In this document: one piece after another, positions 1-9,613 of the stretch
Numbering within the stretch: position 1 is the first letter of the stretch
Layout: each line of letters begins with the position of its first letter
NCBI GenBank assembly: GCA_965203445.1
Contig: OZ241883.1
Coordinates: forward strand, 608,001 to 672,000
From: Candidatus Oxydemutator sp.
Lineage (GTDB): Bacteria > Pseudomonadota > Gammaproteobacteria > Poriferisulfidales > Oxydemutatoraceae
DNA length: 64,000 nt
Direction of reading: 5' to 3'
Notes under the pieces: model-generated
The model's database searches: none
Seen by the model: the letters and a program-made list of their open reading frames with translations, nothing else
What the model was told of the DNA's origin: nothing
Position numbers and translations under genes: made by a program

Positions 1-3000
1 ATAACGTGGCCGTTGCCTTCAAAAACGGCGCCGTAAGGATTCCTCAAACGGTGCGCGAGCGTGGTGGCCTCTCCGCCTATCGGCTTCCAGTTCAAGCCGG
101 ACAGATCCAGGTCGGCCGACAACTCGTAGCCAGCGCACGTGCTGGGACAGGTCTGCCCGTCGCCGAAAAAGGGAAACGCCGCCAGATAAGCGGCCTCGTC
201 GGCACTGCTCACGCCCGCTATCCCGGCACCGCCCAGGTCGTGGCGGATCGCCGCCAACTGCGACGTCGTCGCCACCTCTATCAAGGTGTCGTCATCAAAG
301 TCGTAGTCTATCTCGTCGCTCGCCCCGATCGTGGTCCTGACGGGAACCGGCACGCCCAGACTCACGCGCGCGGGCACCCCGGTGAGCCTCGCGCCCGTCA
401 ACGTTACCACCAGCACCTCGGAAAACTCAGGCACGTCGTCATCGAGCACTGTCACCGAAAACGACGCGCTGACGGCGCCCGAGGCGATGACCACGCTGCC
501 TGCGGTCGTGCCGACAAAGTCGTCGGCGCCGACGTCGCCGCCCACCGCCCAATCCCAACGCGCGCGCACCCCCGCCGGCAAGACCAGCGGCAAGCGCACC
601 ACGTACCTCGCGGTGCCGCCTTCCGATACGGTAACGCTGCCGGTGAGCGCCGCCGCAAGAATTACCTGCGGCTGCGCCTGCTGCTGCGACGTGCGACGCG
701 CCACCTGCGTGTCGGTAGCGCCGCCGAACACCAGCACCGGGTAATCAAACACGCTGCCGAAATCCCACGGCGCGTCGTCGTTGTAGTCGTCGTCACCCCC
801 CTGATCCACGCCGTCCACGTTCAACCTGTCCCAGCCTTCGTAGAGGGTGCCCGCGGCCGTGGTCGGGACGCGCAACTGGCTCGACGTCTTCGAGGTGTCG
901 TCCGAACTCGGCGCATTCGTTCCTCCGCAGCATCTGCTCTGGCCGCTGCGCTCGGCGTCAAAATAGCTTGCCTGTAGCGTACCGGAACCATAGCCTCCGA
1001 CCAGACCGCCGGACGGAAACCCTTGCAGGCCGTCGCCGTCCCTGGTCAGCCTCGAGAGCGCGTAGCTGGCGCTGACTATGCCCCCGTTCACAACGACGCC
1101 TATCAACCCCCCCACGTTTTGCCCCCGCGACCGCTGATGCACCGGCACGTCCGCATAACTGGCAACTACGACACCCCCGTCCAATCTCCCTACCAGACCG
1201 CCCAAGTCCCAACCACCGCGCACTTGTCTGCCGTCGCCCACCACGTAACACGCCGCCACTTTGCCCGCGTTGTACCCCGCCAACGCGCCCGCCCCTACGC
1301 TTCTGCTGGCCACGTCCGTATGCACGTTGTTCAAACCCACGTTGCGGATCCTGCCTGTGACGCCCACGGCACCAAAAAAGCCCACGCTATCGAAGCGGGC
1401 GGTTGCATTGTTCGTGCTGCGGATCGTTACGTTGCTGATGACGTGGCCGTTGCCTTCAAAAACGGCCTGGTAACGCCGCTCCGGGGGAACGTAGTTCCAG
1501 GGGGCGCGTGTAATCCCCCCGCCTATCGGCGTCCAGTTCGGTACGTCGGACAGATCCAGGTCGGTCGACAACTCGTAGCCGGTGCACGTGCTGGGACAGG
1601 TCTGCCCGTCGCCGAAAAAGGGAAACGCCGCCAGATAAGCGGCCTCGTCGGCACTGCTCACGCCCGCTATCCCGGCACCGCCCAGGTCGTGGCGGATCGC
1701 CGCCAACTGCGACGTCGTCGCCACCTCTATCAAGGTGTCGTCATCAAAGTCGTAGTCTATCTCGTCGCTCACCTCGATCGCGGTCCTGACGGGAACCGGA
1801 ACGCCCAGACTCACGCGCGCGGGCACCCCGGTGAGCCTCGCGCCCGTCAGCGTTACCACCAGAATCTCGGAAAACTCGGGCACGGCGTCATCGAACACTG
1901 TCACCGAAAACGACGCGCTGCTCGCGCCGGAACCAATGACTACGATGCCGGTCGTGCCGACAAAGTCGGCGACGTCGGCTTCGCCGCCGCCCACGACCCA
2001 ATCCCAACGCGCGCTCACCCCCGCCGGCAAGGCCAGAGGCAAACTCACCACGTAACTCGCCGCCTCGCCTTCCGACACCGTCGCGCTGCCGGCGAGCGTC
2101 GCCGCAAGAATTACCTGCGGCTGCGCCTCCCGCTGCGACGTGCGACGCGCCGCCTGCGTCTCGGTAGCGCCACCGAACACCAACACCGGGTAATCGAACA
2201 CGCTGCCGAAGTCCCACGGCGCGTCGTCGTTGTAGTCGCCGTCGTCCCCCTGATCCACGTCGTCCACGTGCAACTTGTCCCAACCCGCGTAGAGGGTGCC
2301 CACCGCGGTGGTCGGCGCGCGCAACTGGTGTGACGCCCTCGGTTTGCAGCAACCACCCTGGCGACTGCGCTCCCGGTCAAAATAACTGGACTCCACCACG
2401 GCGCCGGCCACCCGGTTCCCTATCAAACCGCCAATCGGGTAAATCCCCGTCACTCTCCCGACGGAGTAGCTGGCGCTCACCACCGACGCGCCACCGGCTT
2501 CGCCTATCAGACCGCCCACGTTAGCTCCATCTGCACGCACTTCCACGTCGGCGTAACTCGCCACCAGCCTGCCGGCGTAATGACCCCCTATCAAACCGCC
2601 CACCCCCGCATTGCCGGATACGCGACCGCCAATGACGTAACTCGCCAACACTTCGCCCTCGTTGTCTCCCACCAGCGCACCTATAAACAAGCTGTCACCA
2701 CCCATTTCCACCCGCGCGTTGTGCAAGCCCACGTTGCGGATCACGCCGCCGGCGCCCACCCTGCCGAACAAACCTATCTGCCACTCCCCGTCCCTGGCCA
2801 CGCGCAAATTGCGGATGACGTGGCCGTTGCCTTCAAAAACGGCGGTGTAAGCATCCCCCGGCACGGCACGCGGAACCCCCCCGCCCAGCGGCGTCCAGCC
2901 TGGGCCCGGGGCCGGGTTCACGCTGGACAGATCCAGGTCGGCCGACAACTCGTAGCCGGCGCACGTTCCGGGACAGGTGCGCGTCTCGTCATACAGGGGA

Positions 3001-6000
3001 AACGCCGCCCGATAAGCCCGATAAGCGGCCTCGTTGGCACTGCTCACGCCCGCTATCCCGGCACCGCCCAGGTCGTAGCGGATCGCCGCCAACTGCGACG
3101 TCGTCGCCACCTCTATCAAGTTGTCGTCGTCAAAGTCGTAGTCTATCCGGTCGCTCACCTCGATCGTGGTCCTGACGGCAACCACGCCCAAACTCACGCG
3201 CGCGGGCGCCCCCGTGAGCCGCGCGCCCGTCAGCGTTACCACCAGTACCTCGGAAAACTCGGGCACGTCGTCATCGAACACCACCACCGAAAACGACGCG
3301 CTGACGGCGCCCGAGGCGATGGCCACGCTGCCGGTCGTGGCGACAAAGTCGGCGGCGCCGGCTTCGCCACCGCCCACGACCCAATCCCAACGCGCGCTCA
3401 CCCCCGCCGGCAAGACCAGCGGCAAACTCACCACGTAACTCGCGGTGCCGCCTTCCGACACCGTCTCGCTTCCGGCAAGCGTCGGCGCAAGAATTACCCG
3501 CTGCGCCTGCTGCTGCGACGTGCGGCGCGTCGCCATAGTCTCGGTAGCGCCGCCGAACACCAGCACCGGATAATCAAACACGCTGCCGAAATCCCACGGC
3601 GCGTCGTCGTTCAAATCGCCGTCGTCCGCCCGAGCCACGCCGTCCACGTTCAACCTGCTCCAACCCGCGTAGATGGTGCCCGTCGCCGTCGTCGGGACGC
3701 GCAACTGGTTCGACGTCTTCGAGCTGTTGTCCGGACTCGGCACGTTCGATCCGCAGCAGTCACTCTGGCCGCTGCGCTCGGCGTCAAAATAACTCGACCC
3801 CACCACGGCGCCGACTCTCCTGTTCCCTATCAAGCCGCCGACTATACCGCTCCCCGTCGTTGCCCCGACCGAGTAACTGGCGCTCACCACCGACACGGCG
3901 CCGGCCTCGCCCACCAGACCGCCCGCGTTAGCTCCATCTGCATGCACTTCCACGTCGGCGTAACTCGCCACCAACCCGCCGTAATGACCCCCTATCAGAC
4001 CGCCCACCGCCCATACGCCGGATATGCGACCACCACTGACGTAACTCGCCGCCACCTTGCCTTCGTTGCGGCCCACCAGCGCTCCTATATAAGTGCTATG
4101 GGCACCCACGGACACCCGCGCGTTGCGCAAGCCCACGTTGCGGATCACGCCGACGGCGCTCACCGCGCCGAACAAGCCCGCGTGAGACCGCTGTCCATCG
4201 CTGATCACCCGCAAATTGCTGACGACGCGGCCGTTGCCTTCAAAGACGGCGGTGTAATAATGCTCCTCCTGAAGGGTTTCGACCCCGCCGCCTAACGGCG
4301 TCCAGCCCGCACCCGGAGCCGGGTTCACGCTGGACAGATCCAGGTCGGCCGACAACTCGTAGCCGGTGCACGTGCTCGGACAGGTCTGCGGCGCGCCGAA
4401 AAGGGGAAACGCCGCAAAATAAGCGGACTTGTTCGCACTGCTCACGCCCGCCAGCCCGGCACCGCCCAGGTCATAGCGGATCGCCGCCAACTGCGACGTC
4501 GTCGCCACCTCTATCAGGGTGTCGTCGTCCTCGTCGTAGTCTATCCCGTCGCTGAACTCGATCGTGGTGCTGACGGGAAGCGGCACGCCCAAACCCACGT
4601 GCGCGGGCGCCCCCGCGAGCCTCGCGTTGCTCAACGCAACCACCATGACCTCGGGCGGTTCGATCTCGCCGTCGGCGCGCACCCTCAACGAAAACGACGC
4701 GCTGGCGGTGCCGGATGTGATGACCACGCTGCCCGCGGTGGTGCCGACAAAGTCGTCGGCGTCGACTTCGCCGCCGCCCACCGACCAATTCCAACTCGCG
4801 CTCGCCCCCGCCGGCAAGACCACCGGAAAGCGCACCACGTAACTCGCGATCCCACCTTCCGGCCCCGTCGCGCTGCCGGCGAGCGTCGGCACAAGAATTA
4901 CCCCCTGCGCCTGCTGCTGCGACGTGCGACGCATCGCCTTCGTCTCGGTAGCGCCGGCGAACACCAACACCGGATAATCAAACACGGTGCCGAAATCCCA
5001 CGGCGCGTCGTCGTTCAAGTCGCCGTCGTCTCCCTGATCCACGTCGTCCACGTTCAACTGCTCCCAGCCCTCGTAGATGGTGAGCGCGGCCGCGGTCGGA
5101 CTGAACAACTCGGCTGAGGTCTTCGAGGTGTTGTCCGGACTCGGCGGATTCCTTCCGCAGCAGCTGCTCTGGCCGCTGCGCTGGCCGTCGAAATAACTCG
5201 ACTGCAACACGTCGGCGTAATTCAGCAGCAGATGATCGTCGTGATACTCGTGCCCTCCTATCAAACCGCCGACCGCGGCCGTCCCCATCGTTGCCCCGAT
5301 GGAATAACTGGCGCTCACCACCGACGCGGCGGCGACTTCGCCTACCAGACCGCCCGCGTTCAATCTACCTGAAAATGTCTCACCTGGAGGCACCAATCCG
5401 ATACCTGCCTGCACTTCCACGTCGGCGTAACTCGCCACCAAGCTGCCGTAATGACCCCCGATCAAACCGCCCACCCCAAATACGCCGGATATGCGACCGC
5501 CACTGACGTAACTCGCCGCCACTTTGCCCTCGTTGCGGCCCACCAGCGCACCTATATAAGTGCTACCACTATCATCCAGGTTCACCCGCGCGTTGCGCAA
5601 GCCCACGTTGCGGATGATGCCGTTGGCATTCACGGCCCCGAACAGACCCATGTGCCACCACCGCCCATCCCTGTCCATCCTCAGGTTGCTGATGACGTGG
5701 CCGTTGCCTTCAAAAACCGCGGTGTAATAATAATCCGCCGGAGCTCCGTCCCAGCATACACGCGTGCCCCTCGACTGCCGGGTAACGCAAGAGCGATAAT
5801 CCTGCGGAAAGGCACCATCATTAGGAATCTCATCACTGCCGCCCCCGCCTATCGGCGTCCAGTCCAGGATGCTCGACAGATCCAGGTCGGCCGACAACTC
5901 GTAGCCGGTGCACGACGCCCCCGGACAGGTTTGCGTCTCATCGAAAAAGGGAAACGCCGCCCGATAAGCGGGCCGATCCTCGCTGCTCACGCCCGCCAGC

Positions 6001-8925
6001 CCGGCACCGCCCAGGTCGTGGCGGATCGCCGACAACTGCGACGTCGTCGCCACCTCTATCAGGGTGTCGCCGTCGAGGTCGTAGTCTCTGCCGACTCCGT
6101 CGCTGGGACTGATCACGGTGCTGACGGAAGCCGGCACGCCCAAACTCACGCGCGCGGGCGCCCCCGTGAGCATCGCGTCGCTCAACGCGACCACCATGAC
6201 CTCGGACAACTCGGTAATGACGTCATCGCGCACCCTCACCGAAAACGACGCGCTGCTCGCGCCGGATGCGATGACCACGCTGCCGCTGGTCCTGCCGTCA
6301 AAGTCGTCGGCGATGACCTGGTTGCCGCCCACCGCCCAATTCCAACTCGCAGTCACTCCCGCCGGCAAGGCCCCCGGAAAACGCACCACGTAACTCGCGG
6401 CCTCGCCTTCCGACACCCCCGCGCTCCCGGCGAGCGTCGGCGTAAGACTTACCTCCGGCTGCGTCTCCCGTTGCGCCTCCCGCTGCGACGTGCGACGCGC
6501 CACCTCCGTCTCGGTAGCACCGCCGAACACCAGCACCGGGTAATCAAACTCGGTGCCAAAATCCCACGGAGCGTCATCGTTCAAATCGCCGTCGCTGCCC
6601 TGATCCACGTCGTCCACGTTCAACTTGTCCCAACCGGCGTAGATGGTGCCCGTCGCCGTGATCGGGAGAATCATGTCGCTCGACGTCTTCGCAACAACGT
6701 CGTCCAGACCGAATTCATTCGTTCCGCAGCAACTGCTCCGGAGGCTGCGCTCCTTGTCAAAATAACTCGACTCCACCGCGGCGATGATGGTCACCCCGAA
6801 CTGTCCGCCACCCGCGGTGGCAACCCGCCGCCCTATCAAGCCGCCGACTCTGCTACCCCCCGTCGTTTTCCCGACGGAGTAACTGGCGCTTACCACCGAC
6901 GCGACACTGGCTTCGCCTACCAGACCGCCCACCTCACCTATACTTGCATGCACTTCCACGTCGGCGTAACTCGCCACCAACCTGCCGGAGTTGCCCCCTA
7001 TCAAGCCGCCCACCCTGAATGAACCGGATATGCGACCGCCACTGACGTAACTCGCCGCCACTTTGCCCCGGTTGCGCCCCACCAGCGCTCCCACGTAGAT
7101 GTGTCCTACGGCCACCTGCGCGTTGCGCAAGCCCACGTTGCGGATTCTGCCGTCGGCGCCGACGATGCCGAACAAACCCGTGCCATACACCCCGCCGCCG
7201 CTCATCCGCAGGTTGCTGATGACGTGGCCGTTGCCTTCGAAAACAGCGGTGTAAGCATCCGGCGTATCCCCCCCGCCTAGCGGCGTCCAGTCCGCTATGT
7301 CGGACAGGTCCAGGTCGGCCGACAACTCATAGCCGATGCACGCGCGCGGACAGCTCGCCTCATCAAAAAAGGGAAACGCCTTCCGATAAGCGACGTTGTT
7401 CGTATCGCTCACGCCCGTCACCCCGGCACCGCCCAGGTCGTAGCGAATCGCCGCCAACTGCGACGTCGTCGCCACCTCTATCAAGGTGTCGTCATCAAAG
7501 TCGTAGTCTATCTCGTCGCTCACCTCGATGGTGGTCCTGACGGGAAGCGGCACGCCTAAACTCACGCGCGCGGGCACTCCCGTGAGCCTCGCGCCCGTCA
7601 ACGTTACCACCAGAACCTCGGAAAATTCGGGCACGTCGTCATCAAACACTACCACCGAAAACGACGCGCTGACGGCGCCGGATGCGATGACCACGTCGCC
7701 GCTGGTCGCGCCGACAAAGTCGTCGGTGCTGACTTCGCCACCCACCGCCCAATTCCAACTCGCACTCACCCCCGCCGGCAAGGACTCCGACAAGCTCACC
7801 ACGTAACTCGCGGTGCCGCCTTCCGACACGGTCTCGCTTCCGATGAGCGTCGGTGCAAGACTTACCTGCGGCTGCGCCTGCTGCTGCGACGTGCGACGCG
7901 CCGACTCCGTGTCGGTAGCGCCGCCGAACACCAGCACCGGGTAATCAAACGCGCTGCCGAAATCCCATGGAGCGTCGTCGTTGTAGTCGTCGTCGCCCCC
8001 CTGATCAACGTCGTCCACGTTCAACTTGTCCCAACCGGCGTAGATGGTGCCCGTCGCCGTGATCGGGAGAATCATGTCGCTCGACGTCTTCGCAACAACG
8101 TCGTCCAGACCATGCGCGTTCGTTCCGCAGCAACTGCTCCGGAGGCTGCGCTCCTTGTCAAAATAACTCGACTCCACCGCGGCGATGATGGTCACCCCGA
8201 ACTGTCCGCCACCCGCGGTGGCAACCCGCCGCCCTATCAAGCCGCCGACTCTGCTACCCCCCGTCGTTTCCCCGACGGAGTAACTGGCGCTTACCACCGA
8301 CGCGACACTGGCTTCGCCTACCAGACCGCCCGCCTCACCTAAACTTGCATGCACTTCCACGTCGGCGTAACTCGCCACCAACCTGCCGGAGTTGCCCCCT
8401 ATCAAGCCGCCCACCCTGAATGAACCGGATATGCGACCGCCACTGACGTAACTCGCCGCCACTCTGCCCCGGTTGCGCCCCACCAGCGCTCCCACGTAGA
8501 TGTGTCCTACGGCCACCTGCGCGTTGCGCAAGCCCACGTTGCGGATTCTGCCGTCGGCGCCGACGATGCCGAACAAACCCGTGCCATACACCCCGCCGCT
8601 GCTCATCCGCAGGTTGCTGATGACGTGGCCGTTGCCTTCGAAAACAGCGGTGTAAGAATCCGGCGTATCCCCCCCGCCTAGCGGCGTCCAGTCCGCTATG
8701 CTGGACAGATCCAGGTCGGCCGACAACTCGTAGCCGGCGCACGTGCCCGGACAGGTCTCCATCTCGTCGTACAGGGGAAACGCCGCCCGATAAGCCCGAT
8801 AAGCGGCCTCGTTGGCACTGCTCACGCCCGCCAGCCCGGCGCCGCCCAGGTCGTGGCCGATCGCCGCCAACTGCGACGTCGTCGCCACCTCTATCAAGTT
8901 GTCGTCGTCAAAGTCGTAGTCCACG
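1..8925 (-). repeat. Array of at least 7 beta-helix/Calx-beta modules (~1.4 kb) in gene A
   Basis: DYDxDxDxLIEV caps at ~8920, 7510, 6086, 4540, 3143, 1757 and 308. Confidence 0.85.
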
Positions 8926-9587
8926 CGATCACGCACCTCGACCGTCACCACGTCCACGCCCGTCGCACCGCGCGCGTCCGCAACCGTCAACTCGAACACC
9001 AGCGTCTCCGCCACCACCACCCGCGGCACCGCGAACGTCGCCGTCTCCGACGTGGCGCCCGTCACCCCGACGACCGTGCCGCTGAGCTGACGCCACCGAT
9101 ACGTCAACTCCTCGCCTTCCGGATCATCCGCGACGCCGCGCAGCGTAACCACGTCGCCCTCGCCCGCGATCACGTCGGAACCCGCGTCCACCATCGGCGC
9201 GTCGTTCGCACCCGCGCGCACCGTGATCACCACCGTGTTCGTCGTATTGCCGACCAGCTGCCGTTCCACGGGCGACGACAAACCCCGCACGTCGGTTACC
9301 ACCAGCGCGAACTCAAGCGTCTCGTCGTCCACCAACTGCGTCGGCGCCAGGAACGTCGTGCTGCGCGCCGCGGCGTCGCGCAACGCCACCGTGGCGCCGC
9401 CGGTCTGACGCCAGCCGTACCTCAGCGGCTCGTTGTGCGAACTGCTGCTCGCGGCGCCGTCCAAAGTCACCACGGCGCCCTCGGACACGGTCTGATCAGG
9501 CCCGGCGTGCGCCGTCGGCGCGACCGCTTCCTGGGCGGACACGGTAGCGGCAACGGACAACCCTAATAGCAATAACAGACTACGCAC
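1..9587 (-). CDS. Giant secreted repeat protein A (partial, >3,190 aa): signal peptide, 2 PKD-like domains, at least 7 GLUG-like beta-helix/Calx-beta modules; putative adhesin; out of frame with the ATG at 9615 across the poly-G tract
   Basis: Absent from the ORF track, presumably because there is no stop inside the window. Manual translation from GTG 9587 gives VRSLLLLLGLSVAATVSAQEA, and the same frame reads WTPIGG...YTAVFE near 5860 and AVFEGNGHV at 3-30. Homologous to B and C throughout. An in-frame TGA lies at 9617-9615. Confidence 0.88.
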   Translation of the reverse strand, partial: MRSLLLLLGLSVAATVSAQEAVAPTAHAGPDQTVSEGAVVTLDGAASSSSHNEPLRYGWRQTGGATVALRDAAARSTTFLAPTQLVDDETLEFALVVTDVRGLSSPVERQLVGNTTNTVVITVRAGANDAPMVDAGSDVIAGEGDVVTLRGVADDPEGEELTYRWRQLSGTVVGVTGATSETATFAVPRVVVAETLVFELTVADARGATGVDVVTVEVRDRVDYDFDDDNLIEVATTSQLAAIGHDLGGAGLAGVSSANEAAYRAYRAAFPLYDEMETCPGTCAGYELSADLDLSSIADWTPLGGGDTPDSYTAVFEGNGHVISNLRMSSGGVYGTGLFGIVGADGRIRNVGLRNAQVAVGHIYVGALVGRNRGRVAASYVSGGRISGSFRVGGLIGGNSGRLVASYADVEVHASLGEAGGLVGEASVASVVSASYSVGETTGGSRVGGLIGRRVATAGGGQFGVTIIAAVESSYFDKERSLRSSCCGTNAHGLDDVVAKTSSDMILPITATGTIYAGWDKLNVDDVDQGGDDDYNDDAPWDFGSAFDYPVLVFGGATDTESARRTSQQQAQPQVSLAPTLIGSETVSEGGTASYVVSLSESLPAGVSASWNWAVGGEVSTDDFVGATSGDVVIASGAVSASFSVVVFDDDVPEFSEVLVVTLTGARLTGVPARVSLGVPLPVRTTIEVSDEIDYDFDDDTLIEVATTSQLAAIRYDLGGAGVTGVSDTNNVAYRKAFPFFDEASCPRACIGYELSADLDLSDIADWTPLGGGDTPDAYTAVFEGNGHVISNLRMSGGGVYGTGLFGIVGADGRIRNVGLRNAQVAVGHIYVGALVGRNRGKVAASYVSGGRISGSFRVGGLIGGNSGRLVASYADVEVHASIGEVGGLVGEASVASVVSASYSVGKTTGGSRVGGLIGRRVATAGGGQFGVTIIAAVESSYFDKERSLRSSCCGTNEFGLDDVVAKTSSDMILPITATGTIYAGWDKLNVDDVDQGSDGDLNDDAPWDFGTEFDYPVLVFGGATETEVARRTSQREAQRETQPEVSLTPTLAGSAGVSEGEAASYVVRFPGALPAGVTASWNWAVGGNQVIADDFDGRTSGSVVIASGASSASFSVRVRDDVITELSEVMVVALSDAMLTGAPARVSLGVPASVSTVISPSDGVGRDYDLDGDTLIEVATTSQLSAIRHDLGGAGLAGVSSEDRPAYRAAFPFFDETQTCPGASCTGYELSADLDLSSILDWTPIGGGGSDEIPNDGAFPQDYRSCVTRQSRGTRVCWDGAPADYYYTAVFEGNGHVISNLRMDRDGRWWHMGLFGAVNANGIIRNVGLRNARVNLDDSGSTYIGALVGRNEGKVAASYVSGGRISGVFGVGGLIGGHYGSLVASYADVEVQAGIGLVPPGETFSGRLNAGGLVGEVAAASVVSASYSIGATMGTAAVGGLIGGHEYHDDHLLLNYADVLQSSYFDGQRSGQSSCCGRNPPSPDNTSKTSAELFSPTAAALTIYEGWEQLNVDDVDQGDDGDLNDDAPWDFGTVFDYPVLVFAGATETKAMRRTSQQQAQGVILVPTLAGSATGPEGGIASYVVRFPVVLPAGASASWNWSVGGGEVDADDFVGTTAGSVVITSGTASASFSLRVRADGEIEPPEVMVVALSNARLAGAPAHVGLGVPLPVSTTIEFSDGIDYDEDDDTLIEVATTSQLAAIRYDLGGAGLAGVSSANKSAYFAAFPLFGAPQTCPSTCTGYELSADLDLSSVNPAPGAGWTPLGGGVETLQEEHYYTAVFEGNGRVVSNLRVISDGQRSHAGLFGAVSAVGVIRNVGLRNARVSVGAHSTYIGALVGRNEGKVAASYVSGGRISGVWAVGGLIGGHYGGLVASYADVEVHADGANAGGLVGEAGAVSVVSASYSVGATTGSGIVGGLIGNRRVGAVVGSSYFDAERSGQSDCCGSNVPSPDNSSKTSNQLRVPTTATGTIYAGWSRLNVDGVARADDGDLNDDAPWDFGSVFDYPVLVFGGATETMATRRTSQQQAQRVILAPTLAGSETVSEGGTASYVVSLPLVLPAGVSARWDWVVGGGEAGAADFVATTGSVAIASGAVSASFSVVVFDDDVPEFSEVLVVTLTGARLTGAPARVSLGVVAVRTTIEVSDRIDYDFDDDNLIEVATTSQLAAIRYDLGGAGIAGVSSANEAAYRAYRAAFPLYDETRTCPGTCAGYELSADLDLSSVNPAPGPGWTPLGGGVPRAVPGDAYTAVFEGNGHVIRNLRVARDGEWQIGLFGRVGAGGVIRNVGLHNARVEMGGDSLFIGALVGDNEGEVLASYVIGGRVSGNAGVGGLIGGHYAGRLVASYADVEVRADGANVGGLIGEAGGASVVSASYSVGRVTGIYPIGGLIGNRVAGAVVESSYFDRERSRQGGCCKPRASHQLRAPTTAVGTLYAGWDKLHVDDVDQGDDGDYNDDAPWDFGSVFDYPVLVFGGATETQAARRTSQREAQPQVILAATLAGSATVSEGEAASYVVSLPLALPAGVSARWDWVVGGGEADVADFVGTTGIVVIGSGASSASFSVTVFDDAVPEFSEILVVTLTGARLTGVPARVSLGVPVPVRTAIEVSDEIDYDFDDDTLIEVATTSQLAAIRHDLGGAGIAGVSSADEAAYLAAFPFFGDGQTCPSTCTGYELSTDLDLSDVPNWTPIGGGITRAPWNYVPPERRYQAVFEGNGHVISNVTIRSTNNATARFDSVGFFGAVGVTGRIRNVGLNNVHTDVASRSVGAGALAGYNAGKVAACYVVGDGRQVRGGWDLGGLVGRLDGGVVVASYADVPVHQRSRGQNVGGLIGVVVNGGIVSASYALSRLTRDGDGLQGFPSGGLVGGYGSGTLQASYFDAERSGQSRCCGGTNAPSSDDTSKTSSQLRVPTTAAGTLYEGWDRLNVDGVDQGGDDDYNDDAPWDFGSVFDYPVLVFGGATDTQVARRTSQQQAQPQVILAAALTGSVTVSEGGTARYVVRLPLVLPAGVRARWDWAVGGDVGADDFVGTTAGSVVIASGAVSASFSVTVLDDDVPEFSEVLVVTLTGARLTGVPARVSLGVPVPVRTTIGASDEIDYDFDDDTLIEVATTSQLAAIRHDLGGAGIAGVSSADEAAYLAAFPFFGDGQTCPSTCAGYELSADLDLSGLNWKPIGGEATTLAHRLRNPYGAVFEGNGHV
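9534..9587 (-). other. Sec-type signal peptide of gene A
   Basis: VRSLLLLLGLSVAATVSA|QEA: basic residue, hydrophobic core, V-S-A cleavage motif. Confidence 0.75.
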
Positions 9588-9613
9588 CCCCCCCCCCCCC
9601 CCCCCCCCCCCCC
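9587..9613 (-). repeat. Poly-G tract (G27) at the start of gene A; candidate phase-variation switch, OFF as assembled
   Basis: 27 consecutive C on the + strand. ATG 9615-9613 reads M-G9-A-TAG. Confidence 0.9.
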
